Position numbers and translations under genes: made by a program | Notes under the pieces: generated by a model | Told to the model about the DNA's origin: nothing | Seen by the model: only the letters and a program-made list of their open reading frames with translations | Database searches by the model: none | Source of the DNA: Octopus sinensis | Lineage: Eukaryota | Direction: 5' to 3' | Assembly: GCF_006345805.1 (NCBI RefSeq) | Contig: NC_043012.1 | Coordinates: 25,110,001-25,174,000 of the forward strand | Length of the DNA stretch: 64,000 nt | Shown here: in pieces, positions 11,661 through 24,495 of the stretch | How the letters are laid out: every line of letters starts with the position of its first letter | How positions within the stretch are numbered: the first letter of the stretch is position 1

Positions 11661-12203
11661 GTGCTTGTGTGTGTGTGTGTGCGTGCGTGTGTTAGCGTGC
11701 ATGTCTGTATGCCTGTTTGTGTTTAATTACTTATGTATAGACACGCATAGACGCATAAACCTACACTTGTACGCGCATATACGTGTCTGCATGTGTGTAT
11801 TTTTTGTGTAATTTTGAACGCCATCTAATTTTGAACATTTTGTGATTTTCAAATAAATTAGATAGAAATCCTGACAAAGTGAATTCCTCGTCATGATATG
11901 CTTCCTGAAATAGCTGTTGTTTCTATTTAGTATTCTTCTCTATAAAATCTCATGACGCATTAAGAACTTGTGTGAGAACCACTAAGTCTCCGTTCGTTCC
12001 CCTAGAAATAAGAGCCGAATACCACTCAGGGCACTAGTTAGTATGATCGAAAGAATTATACACACATAAATACAGGCCATGATACGTTGCCTCACACAAG
12101 CACTCCCCACCCATTCACACGCAGTCTCAAACGCACACATACTCAAAAACACACAAAAATACATACACACACACTTAAAGTTTCAAAGCTCCTGATCCAT
12201 ATA

Positions 12204-12756
12204 CACCGGGTTACTCAAAAATAATGAACCGATTTCGTTACAAAATATTTTTATAAGGAAAAGCAATAGAAAGCTCCAGCTGAGTCACAAGTATTTACTC
12301 AATCAACTTTTATTTCCTGTCTTACAAGTGTTCAACATTGGCCACCACCTGCATCACGGGCAACATCAATACGATAAGAAATTTCCTCCTACATGCGTAT
12401 CAGCATACTACAATCCACTGAATTGATCGCTATTGTTATTTGATATTCAAGGTCATCGAGGTTAGTGGGTAGCGGTGGAACATAAACGTGATCTTTTACA
12501 CATACCCACAAGAAAAATATCACACGCGGTGAATTCTGGGGATCTCGCAGGCTAAGCAGATACGCGTTTGGGAGAAATTCTCTTGTCACATTGATGTTGC
12601 TCAAGCTGCAGGTGGTGGCCACGTTGAACATTTGTAAGACAAGAAATAAAAGTTGATTGTGAGTAAATACTTGTGACTTAGCTGGAGTTTTCTATTGCTT
12701 TTCTTTATTAAAATATCGCGTAATGAAATCGGTTCATTCTTTTTGAATAACCTGTT
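12204..12756 (-). mobile_element. Internally deleted IS630-Tc1-mariner element (MITE-like) with ~150-bp TIRs
   Basis: 12204-12353 is inverted at ~12607-12756 and flanked by TA. The minus strand encodes ..FFLWVCVKDHVYVPPLPTNLDDL...RM*EEISYRIDVARDAGGG..EHL, the WPPRSPDL..DFFLWG-type transposase C-terminus. Confidence 0.88.
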
Positions 12757-12771
12757 ATATATATATATATA

Positions 12772-12815
<44 letters not shown>

Positions 12816-13391
12816 GTGTAGAGTTTGACATTACAGTTCTCAATTTAGGTATTACTTCACTCCTCTATAAATTCACTCGTGTAACCTCTGAATCAAACAC
12901 TATTAAGACACTGATATAGGCTGCAACCTCTTAGATTAACATCACAAACAACAAATGTACACTCTACAATTAAATTATATTGAGAAATTTATGGAATGTG
13001 ATTTATCGATTGTTTTGTGCGGGAATATGTAATGTATTATATATATATATATATTATATGATATATATATATATATATATATACATATATATAGTTGAGT
13101 TGGGGGTACCGCACGAGTGGAATTATATACGAAAGAAGGTTTGAAAATGCAATTTAAAAATGTTTATTTATTTACCGGTTTCACTCTTGGAAAAGATTGT
13201 CAAAAGTAACATGTGGAAGTGTGGTTGCGTTAATTATTGGTTGTTGCAAATTGCTACATTACATATATATATATACAGTCTTTGGTAACAGGGACATGTT
13301 AAGGACATAAAAAAGTTCAACAAGTTCCTTAAAATATTGGGCAAAAAAGATTACATCAATATCGTTCTCTCTCAAGGACATTGATATTGGT

Positions 13392-13565
13392 ACAGAATAT
13401 TGGTTGACACAGAGTACTATACATCCATATAAATATACAGTCTTTGGTGACAACAGTATGTTGAGAATATAAAGAAGTTTATATTCTTTATATCTCAACA
13501 TACTGTTGTCACCAAGACTGTATATTTATATGGATTATAGTACTCTGTGTCAACCAATATTCTGT
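13392..13565. repeat. Fold-back inverted repeat, ~84-bp arms, 7-nt loop
   Basis: 13392-13476 versus 13484-13565 differ by single-base indels only; lies next to the assembly gap. Confidence 0.85.
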
Positions 13566-13641
13566 GCATGTTTGAATATACAGATACAGTACCAATATCA
13601 TATCATTCTGAAAACTATCTTAAGTATGTCATGAGAACTAT

Positions 13642-13741
13642 NNNNNNNNNNNNNNNNNNNNNNNNNNNNNNNNNNNNNNNNNNNNNNNNNNNNNNNNNNN
13701 NNNNNNNNNNNNNNNNNNNNNNNNNNNNNNNNNNNNNNNNN
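13642..13741. other. Assembly gap (100 N)
   Basis: Run of N. Confidence 1.
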
Positions 13742-14275
13742 GGTGATGGCGATAGTGCAGTCACATCAATTTAAAAGATTGACTGCAAAACAAACGCTAC
13801 TCAGCAGTGAATATGTAATTTGAACGGCGTAGATTAAGTGGATATGTGGGATGGGTGAAATAAAAAAAAAAAAACGAAGAATAAATAAATAAATAAATAG
13901 ACGTATATTCTGTACTGTTATTTAATGGAATCATCCAACGGCATAGATAATAAATGTTCTACTTAGAAGCGAGCAGAAGAGAAACTAGAAACACATTCAA
14001 ACGGATGAGATGTCTAGAAGCGGAAACTTTCGGGAACTAGTTTAATGGACGAGGTTAAACTAACATAATGGAAATGGCGAGATTCGTGGCGAATACAGAG
14101 GAAAATAAAGTATTTTGTCTAATTCAAAGGATATATCTTGCACTTTCTTACTGTTTAGCATTAGACTTTGCTTATTTCTTTTTTGTTTCGCGATTCACAC
14201 GCACACACATATTTACATATACATATGAGTATGTATGTGTTTATATATACATGCATATATGTATATATGTATGTA

Positions 14276-14319
<44 letters not shown>

Positions 14320-14321
<2 letters not shown>

Positions 14322-14573
14322 AGGGTTGACCACAAAGTGGACATCCATTATGCTAGAAGTAAACCCCCTATGGTCTTACCACTAAGAACGGATTGTTCCC
14401 AAGAAAATTTAGCAAACGCCAGAACGTAAAGGAGCAAGACAAATGAAAAGGTACAAAATATAAAGATTAATCACAAATTGCTAAATATTCTTGAGAACAA
14501 TCTTTTCTTAGTGGTAAGACCATAGACGGTCTACTTCTAGCATAATGGATATTCACTTAGTGGTCAGCCCCCT
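14320..14573. mobile_element. MITE with ~98-bp TIRs and TA target duplication (Tc1/mariner-like)
   Basis: TA|AGAGGGTTGACCACAAAGTG...GCTAGAAGTAAACC... is inverted as ...GGTCTACTTCTAGC...GTGGTCAGCCCCCT|TA. Confidence 0.88.
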
Positions 14574-14685
14574 TATATGTATATAATATAATTTTTCTGA
14601 ATCTTCAGATTTTTCAATATGCTAGACCACTGGTTTTAAATTGATATTAATCAAATTAATATTCAATTTTTCACCCTTATTATTT

Positions 14686-14744
<59 letters not shown>

Positions 14745-14767
14745 GTATATTATATATATATATTATT

Positions 14768-14957
14768 TATAGGAGGAGCTTCTACAGGACTAGAACTGTT
14801 TCATTCAAAAGAAATCATGAGGAAGCCTGATGATTTCTTTTGAATGAAACAGTTCTAGTCCTGTAGAAGCTCCTTCTATAAAATAAATTAATTTACTCTG
14901 CTATGTATTGAGTACCTTATTTACTGTGGTTAACCCCGACTCAACCCGGAGCTTACA
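14768..14957 (+). mobile_element. Penelope-like short element with 5' fold-back (family G)
   Basis: 55-bp near-perfect hairpin (14768-14822/14826-14880) containing CTGATGA...GAAAC, then AATAAA and a 70-bp tail; second copy at 49277-49468. Confidence 0.7.
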
Positions 14958-14960
14958 TAT

Positions 14961-15006
<46 letters not shown>

Positions 15007-15425
15007 GTAATTCTTCTACCATTGTGGGTGTTACGTTCCAAACCATCCCTGATAGTTGAAAATCCGCGAAGTAGAAACAGTCCTATACTGTATATTTTTT
15101 CAATTATTTTTATAATTGGTATATATTTACTTTATTATGAATGCCAAACTACACTACAGGGGAATCGACGTAAAATAATAAACCGCGATATGGCGAGGGA
15201 TCACTATATGCGTGTGTGTGTATTTAATCATTGTTATATGTTTTATCTTATATTTAATCTTTTTGTAAGATGTAATTTTTCTAAATGGTATAATCTAATT
15301 TTTCATTATTGAAGCCACTGGGCCACTGCGCCTCCATAATATATAAATTATAATATATATATATATATATATATATTATAAATATATAAGATATATGTGT
15401 GTTATGTGTGTGTGTGTGTGTGTGT

Positions 15426-15464
<39 letters not shown>

Positions 15465-15529
15465 TAATATAAGTCTGAATCCAGTCGATGTTTATCATTT
15501 TGTTAGATTTAAGGATATATTTTTCGATC

Positions 15530-15725
15530 CTAGGACAGTGATCTGGCAGAATGCTTGGCAGGATGTCATCCGTCTTTACGTTGTGATTTCAAATTCCGCC
15601 AAAGTCCGCTTTGCCTTTCATCATTCCGGGGTCAACAAAAAATACCCGTGCGCTCTAGGGTCGATGTAATCGACTTGTCCTCGCCTCTGAAAATGTTAGC
15701 ATTGCGCAAAACTTTGAAATCAATA
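15530..15725 (+). mobile_element. Diverged SINE family B
   Basis: CTGGCAGAAT...TTCAAATTCCGCC...TTTGCCTTTCATC...GTCGATGTAATCGACT. Confidence 0.75.
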
Positions 15726-16769
15726 TCTGCAATTAACTCTTATAAGATCTAGATCGAAGGTTCAAATTGGCCCATCGCATCTGTATGGTTGCATGAGCCT
15801 AAATATCTTTGAGGCAGTTTCGCAACTGCTAGGCTTCTGATTCGATTTCGTTACATAGCATCTGGGCAGTGGTTATTTTCTTTAGACATGTGGAAGGTAT
15901 CAATGAGGAATTTTCAGTGATAAACAAGTTATTGTGTAAAGGTTGATACCGTAAAAGTAGGAGAATTTGCTGAATGCATGAATGCATTGTTTTATGACTT
16001 ATCAGGAGGGTTTCGATTAAGAATCATTTTAGGTCATTATTGATTATTAAGCCAATTTTTACACTCTAAAATTTATAGCTTTATCGGCTTCCAGATTCTC
16101 CTGTCCAAAAATAATTATTTCATGTTTTCTCTTGAAGTATCTAAATTCTTAAGAGATTGACAACATACAATTGTCGTGGTAAGCATAATGTTTCTAATAT
16201 GGATGAAAAAATCTAAAAGATTGCTTTGGTCCAATGCTAGAACGTTTGTAATACTTAAAAATGCAGGTTCCAATCTCATTTCGATATTTTCTAACCTAAT
16301 ATTTGCATGCATTCATTTAGAGCTTTATCTGCTTCGAGATTTCTCGCTTCAAAATCTTTGCTTTCAATTTAAAAAGTAATTTTTTAGATTAACAAAAATT
16401 GTCCTTTTTGTTATCATACAAATGTAGTTGTGTGACCTGGAAGCTGGAATACTTTTGTCCTTATGTTGCTTGTTTTCTATTAAAGATATATTTGCATGCC
16501 ATCACACACATCTTTACACACACACACACAAACTCAAACACACACACACACACACACATACACACACACACACACACAGGTTGGGCCAAAAGTCACGCAC
16601 AAAATAAGTTCAATACGCTCCGCAATTGTCAGACATGCTTCAATTTTTCTAAAATTGAATATAATAAATAAAACAATGAAAACGAATAATAGTAATAATA
16701 ATAATGTAATATTAATAAAATGTCAGGTGTTTTTGTGTATGACTTTTCACCCACCCTATATATGTATGT

Positions 16770-16975
16770 TAAGAGACATGTACCCTTAACGCAGTTCTCG
16801 GAAAGATTCAGTGTGACGCAGAGTGTGACAAGGCTGGCCCTTTGAACTACAGGTACAACAGAAGCAGGAAGAAAGAGTGAGAGAAATTTGTGGTGAAAGA
16901 GTACAGCAGGGTTCACCACCACTACCCTGTCGGAGCCTCGTAGAGCTTTAGGTGTTTTTGCTCAATAAAGACTCA
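16770..16975 (-). mobile_element. SINE family C fragment (tail type i)
   Basis: Homologous to 51280-51480. Confidence 0.8.
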
Positions 16976-16992
16976 CATATATATATATATAT

Positions 16993-17066
<74 letters not shown>

Positions 17067-17106
17067 GTGTATATATGTGTATATATTTGTATCACGTGAT
17101 ATATAA

Positions 17107-18009
17107 TCTCTCTCTATATAAACGGCAGTTTGTCTGTCTGTGTGTCTGTGTGTCTGCAAGGTTGTACCCTCACCCTGACCACGGCTTTCAACCGATTCTG
17201 ATGAAACTTGACACACAGATAGCCCAGTTCTGAAAACAATCGATAAATTCGACATGGGGTCAAGAATCAGAAACACAAACCACAGACTGTCTAGGGGACA
17301 CAACTCGACCTTTTTAACTCTCAACCCCATCAATATCCAGCTACTTGAAGCTAGTCCTGGTGATGTCCACGTCTACAAATCTATTGATAGGACAGCAGAC
17401 CCCGCCGAGCTTGCCGATTATCCTGTTGAATTCCTGAATTCACTTGAACCGCCAGGCCTACCGCCACACATCCTGAAGTTAAAGGTCGGTGCGCCCATCA
17501 TGCTCATCAAGAATTTGGTTCCACCTAAACAGTGCAACGGCACACGTCTGGTTGTGAAACATTTTCCAATATATTTAATAACGGCCACACTACTTACCCG
17601 TTGTGGGAAGGGAGAGGACGTCTTCATTCCACGCATGCACCTTCAACCGTCGGGCGCTGACCTACCAATCAACTTCAGGTGTTCTCAGTTTCCTGCTAAA
17701 CTCTGCTTCGCAATGTCCATCAATAAATCCCAAGGCCAAACGCTACAAGTCGCTGGGTTACAGTTGGGCGAACAGTGCTTCGCCCACGGTCAACTCTACG
17801 TGGGCTGTTCTCGCGTTGGGAGGCGCAATGATGTTTTCGCCCAAGGGACAGCTAGGAACATCGTAGACACAGAAGTATTCGAGTGAAGAGAAGACATTGC
17901 AACCTACACACATGCGCCTTCGTTCCCTAGAGGGAAAGGACTAGATTGGGATTAGTCGTTGCCTACTAGGGGCTCTTACATACCGGGCAACGCCGGGCTA
18001 TGCTGCTAG
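17107..18009 (+). mobile_element. Non-autonomous Helitron (0.9 kb)
   Basis: Inserted between A and T: 5' A|TC, (GTCT)-rich subterminus, 3' hairpin CCGG-GCAACG-CCGG (17983-17996) and terminal CTAG|T (18006-18009); carries a helicase fragment. Confidence 0.92.
17254..17886 (+). CDS. Helitron RepHel PIF1-like helicase, C-terminal fragment (210-aa open frame)
   Basis: YPVEFLNSLEPPGLPPHILKLKVGAPIMLIKNL..CNGTRL; QFPAKLCFAMSINKSQGQTL; HGQLYVGCSRV (SF1B motifs IV-VI). N-terminal Rep and Walker motifs are absent. Confidence 0.8.
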   Translation: MGSRIRNTNHRLSRGHNSTFLTLNPINIQLLEASPGDVHVYKSIDRTADPAELADYPVEFLNSLEPPGLPPHILKLKVGAPIMLIKNLVPPKQCNGTRLVVKHFPIYLITATLLTRCGKGEDVFIPRMHLQPSGADLPINFRCSQFPAKLCFAMSINKSQGQTLQVAGLQLGEQCFAHGQLYVGCSRVGRRNDVFAQGTARNIVDTEVFE

Positions 18010-18021
18010 TATATATATATA

Positions 18022-18175
18022 TATATGTATATGATGGGTTTCTTTTAATTTCCGTCTACTATATCCGCTTCCACGGCTTTGGTTGGCTCAGGGATATAAT
18101 AGAAACTTCTCCCCCAAGGTTCTATGCAGTACGACTGAACCCGGAACAAGGTGATTGGAAAGCAAGCGTACAACC
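18022..18175 (-). mobile_element. Diverged SINE family A 5' half
   Basis: TTTCCGTCTAC...GGCTTTGGTTGG...ACTGAACCCGGAAC. Confidence 0.65.
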
Positions 18176-18269
18176 AGAGCTTAGCATACGACCACTGCTG
18201 CACGTATATATATATATATATTAATATATATATATACCATATATATAATAATATATATATATATATATA

Positions 18270-18481
18270 TAGTTAATCCAAACATGAAAACACAAAGAGA
18301 AAACACAACAACGCGAGGACGTAGAACAAATATAGTATTACTGGACGCTCAGGAAAGGAGGGAAGAAGGAGGGCCTTACGTTTCGAGCGGAGCTCTTCGT
18401 CAGAAACATAGGAAAAGGAAAGATCCAGAGAAAGGAAGACGGAGGGAAAAAAAATCGCCAACGGTACACACGCGGTCACAT
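18270..18481 (-). mobile_element. (TA)n-embedded Penelope-like short repeat, family E
   Basis: Homologous to 50491-50692 (-) and 53218-53392 (+); contains a hammerhead-like core. Confidence 0.7.
18371..18407 (-). ncRNA. Minimal type I hammerhead-like motif
   Basis: Minus: GUUU-CUGACGA-A-GAGC(UCC)GCUC-GAA-ACGU-A|AGGC. Self-complementary ACGU stem III, GUA cleavage triplet, 4-bp stem I with two G-U pairs, one extra A after A9. Confidence 0.55.
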
Positions 18482-18505
18482 TATATATATATATATATAT
18501 ATACA

Positions 18506-18685
18506 TATAGGGGGAGTTTACGAAAAAAACAAAAGACGAAGACAGGTGGTGTACAAAAGAAACAGATGCATTAGTATAACACTCAGGAATAGAAAAAGTC
18601 TTTTACGTTTCGAGCCTACGCTCTTCTACAGAAAGGGACCAGAAAAAAACAAGTAGAGAAAAAAATTGTGTAGTGGCTTGGGTGA
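18506..18685 (-). mobile_element. Penelope-like short repeat family F
   Basis: Minus: CUUU-CUGUAGA-A-GAGC(GUAG)GCUC-GAAACGUA|AAAG at 18600-18635. Confidence 0.65.
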
Positions 18686-18696
18686 CATACATATTT

Positions 18697-18739
<43 letters not shown>

Positions 18740-18771
18740 ATATATATTATATATATATATATTATATATAC

Positions 18772-18833
<62 letters not shown>

Positions 18834-18908
18834 GCAGACAGACAGACAGACAGATTATATATATATATATATAGATAGATAGATAGATAGATAGAGAGAC
18901 ATATAGAC

Positions 18909-18951
<43 letters not shown>

Positions 18952-19472
18952 AGATAGAGAGATAGATAGGTAGGTAGGTAGGTAGGTAGATAATTTATTG
19001 CTGCAACATGCCAACATCAGATAAATTAGATTTTTCTTCAATAGGAAATCGGAACCATCTAGTCTTTTATGACCCAATACAATAGGAATATAGACCAATT
19101 CTTGAAAACCTGGGGTTAAAAATACGGACAGTTATCAATCTTAAGGATTGGGAACAGCTGCTGGACACCTAAGCGAAAGATAACTAGTGTATATATTAAG
19201 TATTATTATATTATTGATATTACCATGTTTACATAACAGGGTGGTAAATAAAGGAAGTTTTCGTTTTATTGAACGGTATTTATTAACTTTCAGTTTCCAA
19301 CTTACAGGACATTGCTATTCGGATAGTCACAGCTGGCGGTAATCTACTATACACATGTACGTACATACAACACACCCACCTACTCACCACAACGCATATA
19401 CACACACATATATGCATACACATATGCACATTGAAATGCTTACATATTCGCAGAAGCATACTATCAAAGAGA

Positions 19473-19529
<57 letters not shown>

Positions 19530-19647
19530 ATGTATGTATGCATGTATGTATGTATGTATGTATGTATGTATTATTATTATTATTATACTATTATTATTAT
19601 TATTATTGTTATTATTATTATTATTATTATCATTATTATTATTATTG

Positions 19648-19690
<43 letters not shown>

Positions 19691-21145
19691 GAAAACAGTT
19701 TAATTAGTCTCCATGCGAATATATATATATAAGTATTTATTCACTTATATTCCTGCGTTTATGTGCCTAGGGATATGTATATATGCTTTATATGTATACA
19801 TAAGAATATTGAAACATAAGTACGTATGCCTGTATGTAAGTATGTATGTATGTATGTATGTATGTATGTATGTATGTATGTATGTATGTATATGTGTGTA
19901 TGTGATTGTGTATGCGAGAGCGAGTGAGTGCGCATGTGTGTATCTCAAAGAAATTTGCCAAGAAATGTTAAGTGATTTAGACGTTTCGAAATAATTCCTT
20001 TCTCAGTGTGACGGCGTTGACTCTCATACGAATTTTCTCTCTGAAACTACACTGATAGGAACGATTGCATTGCATGCCGTATATTTCAGACGCCGAATGC
20101 AACTTGATTGCTCTTAGGGTAAATCGAGAAAGATCGAGAAAAGGGGATAGGAATAAAGCAAAAGAAAAAGTGGATTGAGAGAAAATAATCATAAGTGTAA
20201 AGAAATAATAAGTTGCGTCCCTTTGGAATCGCTATGGTACGTCTAATTAATTCAATAGGGAAAGATTAATGTTTGTGAGCCTTCGGTGAGTGTGGTGCTT
20301 TCCAGGTCAATAATAGAAACTTGTCCAGGTGCCTAAATTTAAGGAAAATTTTGTCACTAATTTTCTTACATCTAAAAAGCATACATGATCTTTTAGTTAT
20401 AAAAACGCCGAATCTCTATGATCCATTAACGTATGTCGTGGATCAACTCACCTCGAAGCAAATTAGAATCCCTGGTTGGGACATATATGCAAAGACCGCA
20501 AGTTCTATTTACTTGCCTACTATAGAGTTTTTGCGCCTGGTCTGAAATATTTAGTGCCTTTTAACATTCGGAGTTATAAAGGGAGGTTTCCCATGATTCT
20601 AGCCGACAATTATTAAGCGTATAAACCAAACACATGCGCTACGTATCTGATATCGATAATGTTCAGATTATTACATTTGTTTTGAATTAAAAATATATAT
20701 ATATTAATGATTCTTGTCATGTCGAGTTATTATTAACGCAATTTTACTTTAAACTGAAGGATTACTCTTTATATTTTGCAGAGTGCATATTTATTTGCTT
20801 CGCAAGTAGTGTGGTGTGAGTGACTTCGAAGTTTAGGCTTGCTTCATCAGCCTATAATACATTTGAGCTTTAGACAGACTCTGGTAACGTTCTTTCTCGG
20901 ATTGGTAGCGATATGTTGGATGATAATTAGGTTGTAGAGTGAGTTCTGAGGGAAATGTATTAAAGAAGGTTTTTGTTGTTTAAAGTTGAATTATTGTTCA
21001 GAGCTAAGTAAAGTATATGAAACTGTAATCAGATGGGTCTGCTTAGTGTGTCAGCTTCAGGCCATGGATGTTTTTCTTTAGGATTTTCAAAACAATGAAA
21101 GTGAGTGAACATCTTAGGTGCGGAATAGTGCCAGTATGGTGTTCA

Positions 21146-21220
<75 letters not shown>

Positions 21221-22294
21221 ACACACACACAAACAAGCACACATACAGATACACACACACTCAAACATATATATTTGTATGTACGTATGCATGTGTGTGT
21301 ATATATATATACGTATGTATACATATACATGTATATACACGTATATATATATATATACATACATATGCATATATATATATATATGTGCATGTATGCATGA
21401 GCATATATATTTTCGCATATATGTATATTATATATATAGAAGACACACTTTATAATAACATGTATATATTGAGGCATATATTAATATACAGATTATTTAT
21501 GTACAAATACGCACATATTCACTCATATGCACATATTCAAATAGGTATATATATATACATATATACATGCAAACACACACAAACTCACTCATACACAAAA
21601 AACACAAACACACACACACATGCACATACATACGAAGATAGCATGTTTATGTTGAGAGATATATGGCAACATCGTCGACTGTGGCTATAAATCGTCACTA
21701 TAGCATCTGTGCTATCATTCCTTTTACAATGATATATGAGATACACGATATTAATGGCAACTTAACCTTTACTATATTATATTGGCAGCAGCTTAACACA
21801 CCTTACTACGGTGATGACGACGACGTTACATAACTGCATCGTTGTCACTATTAGCGCTGTGTTTCAGTAAACTTCTCTGTATCCAATATGGCCGCTATTT
21901 ATACCGCAAAATTGTAAGCGCCAAAACCATTGGCAAAGACAGATGCCACCACCACCACCACCACCACCACCACCACACTACCACCACCACCACCACTATC
22001 AATATTATCATCAACATTACAATATTATCATCAACATTACAATTATAACCACCAGAACTACTACCACCACCATCAAATGTAGCTCTTCCGCCAACATTTC
22101 AAAACATGTATTCTAGTTGTGATTTTTCGGCTAAATTCTTCAAGGTGGTGTCCTGTATGGTCGCAGTCATTGGCCGAAATGAGATGAAGATGAAAACTAA
22201 GACACCCTAAACCCTATCTATTTCAGTTTTCATAATATATCTTCCGCATGGTTGGCAAAAAATGAGTATTCCTTCGACGGAGCGGCCTTCTGTT

Positions 22295-23080
22295 CAGGTG
22301 GTACCGAAAAGTTCTTGGACTAGTTCTGTAGCTCACTAAAAAATGGCAGCACACATTTGTACATGAAATGACAGCTAGCAGAAACCGTTACGAGGCAGTG
22401 TGCCGAATGACATATTGCTGTGTTTACTTAACAAGTTGTGAAATTTGTGTTTTTGCGATCACGTGTAGCCTGCAGTCTACGATGTTTGCGATAACAGGAA
22501 GTTTGAACAAAGGTTAAACGCAAAATGTTGCGTTGAACTTGGGAAGCCTGCTACAGTGACATTAAGCATACTTCGGCCAGATTACTGCGTACGCAGTGTT
22601 TCAAGTGGGACGGGCGCTTCAAATACGGAAGAACATTCCTGGAAGACGATGAGCAACATGAAAGACCTACCACGAGGGCCACTCCCAGAAATGTGAAGAA
22701 AATTCATCGGCTCTTGCATGAAGATCGTCGATGAACAATCAACAATATTGCTGATGTTGTCGATCTGTCTTAAGGGTCCCTGCAGGCAAACCGAACCACT
22801 AGATTCTTCACGATGGCTTGCACCCTGTCACCGAGCTCTCACTATGAGTTTCTTACCAAAACTACATGGTGTCGCTTCCGCATCGGCTCTATTTGCTAGA
22901 TTTAGCTCCCGTGGATTTCTATCTCTTCCCAAGGATGAAAATTCAGCTCAAAGCTTAATACCGCTGTCGTGATCCAGAGCGAATCGCTTACGGAAAAACA
23001 AATTCCAGGCCGTATTCCAAAAGTGACAGAAACCGATGAATTGTTGCACAAGGTGACTATTTCGAAGATAAATAAGTTAT
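22295..23080 (+). pseudogene. Internally deleted mariner element / transposase pseudogene
   Basis: TIR-like CAGGTGGTACCGAAAAGTTCTTGG. N-terminal QCFKWDGRFKYGRTFLEDDEQHERPTT..NVKKIHRLLHEDRR*TINNIAD is joined to C-terminal LHD..PCH..DLAPVDFYLFPRMK..QGDYFED; the central catalytic region is deleted. Confidence 0.85.
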
Positions 23081-23099
23081 TTTTAATTAAACATAAATA

Positions 23100-23493
23100 G
23101 GCGCAGGAGTGGCTGTGTGGTAAGTAGCTTGCTAACCAGCCACATGGTTCCGGGTTCAGTCCCACTGCGTGGCATCTTGGGCAAGTGTCTTCTGCTATAG
23201 CCCCGGGCCGACCAATGCCTTGTGAGTGGATTTGGTAGACGGAAACTGAAAGAAGCCTGTCGTATATATGTATATATATATGTATGTATGTGTCTGTGTT
23301 TGTCCCCCTAGCATTGCTTGACAACCGATGCTGGTGTGTTTACGTCCCCGTCACTTAGTGGTTCGGCAAAAGAGACCGATAGAATAAGTAGATTTGCTCG
23401 ACTAAAGGCGGTGCTCCAGCATGGCTGCAGTCAAAATGACTGAAACAAGTAAAAAGAGTAAAAGAGAGAGTAAAGAGTAAAGAGTAAAGAGAG
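23100..23493 (+). mobile_element. SINE family A, full 5' end
   Basis: GGCGCAGGAGTGGCTGTGTGG... to the (GAGTAAA)n tail; small internal deletion. Confidence 0.92.
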
Positions 23494-23664
23494 TCTGGGA
23501 ATTCTTTGATGCCAACTCGTACACGTCACAGAAACTAGAAAACTGCACTTATGTGTTTATATGGCTCAAGGAGTAGCATCATCTCTGTTGTGATGAGAGT
23601 TACGACGCCCTTTTGCGAGAGATATGCTGGTTCGAGTTACGTATAAACTGTATCAATAGTAAAA

Positions 23665-23930
23665 TTGGAAGATCTATCATTACACTCCGTGGCAGAAGAA
23701 TGTCAAAGGGTGGTAAAATTTGAGAAAGTGAGTCCTCAAAAGTACAGATATGCCGACGGGAAAAATACAACCACAAAAGAGCGCCACGTCTTTATCCATG
23801 TTTTGGATTTGAGGGCATGCATTTTAGAAAAGAACTGTCAATTTAAAAATCAAAAAATGTTACAGTTGCAGAAGAATTGGTCACAAGAGTTCACATTACA
23901 GAACAACATTAAGAAAGTCAAACGTTAAAA
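23665..23930 (+). pseudogene. Gag remnant with degenerate CCHC zinc knuckle
   Basis: LSLHSVAEECQRVVK; with frameshifts PCFG..MHFRK..CQFKNQKCYSCRRIGHKSSHYR. Confidence 0.65.
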
Positions 23931-24085
23931 ATACTAGAGTGCTCTCAGCAGAAACAAAAATCGACTCCCAAATACGAAAATTAGTACATTTAAAATTAAA
24001 TGGAATACATATTAAGTTTCAATTGGAAGTGATATTCCAATAATAGATATGGAAGAAAATATGGAAGAAAATAAGGAAACATATA

Positions 24086-24492
24086 CTCTTTTACTCTTTT
24101 ACTTGTTTCAGTCATTTGACTGCGGCCATGCTGGAGCACCGCCTTTTTAATCGAGCAACTCGACCCCAGGACTTATTCTTTGTAAGCCTAGTAATTATTC
24201 TATCGGTCTCTTTTGCCGAACCGCTAAGTGACGGGGACGTAAACACACAAGCATCGGTTGTCAAGCAATGCTTGGGGGACAAACACAGACACACAAACAT
24301 ACACGCATACACACATATATATATATATATATATACGACGGGCTTCTTTCAGTTTCCGTCTACCAAATCAACTCACAAGGCTTTGGTCGGCCCGAGGCTA
24401 TAGTAGAAGACACTTGCCCAAGGTGCCACGCAGTGGGACTGAACCCGGATCCATGTGGTTGGTAAACAAGCTACTTACCACAGAGCCACTCC
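24086..24492 (-). mobile_element. SINE family A inserted into the LTR element protease region
   Basis: Reverse-complement family A; flanks GGAAACATATA / CCACATATGTTGAGA rejoin as ..GKHMLRK.. Confidence 0.9.
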
Positions 24493-24495
24493 ACA

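Noticed and set aside
19965-20005. Minus-strand CUGAGAA...GAAACGUC
   Set aside because: G8 is missing and stem I does not pair; at best a decayed copy.
20820-20860. Minus-strand CUGAUGA...GAAG
   Set aside because: No GAAA core and no convincing stem I/III pairing.
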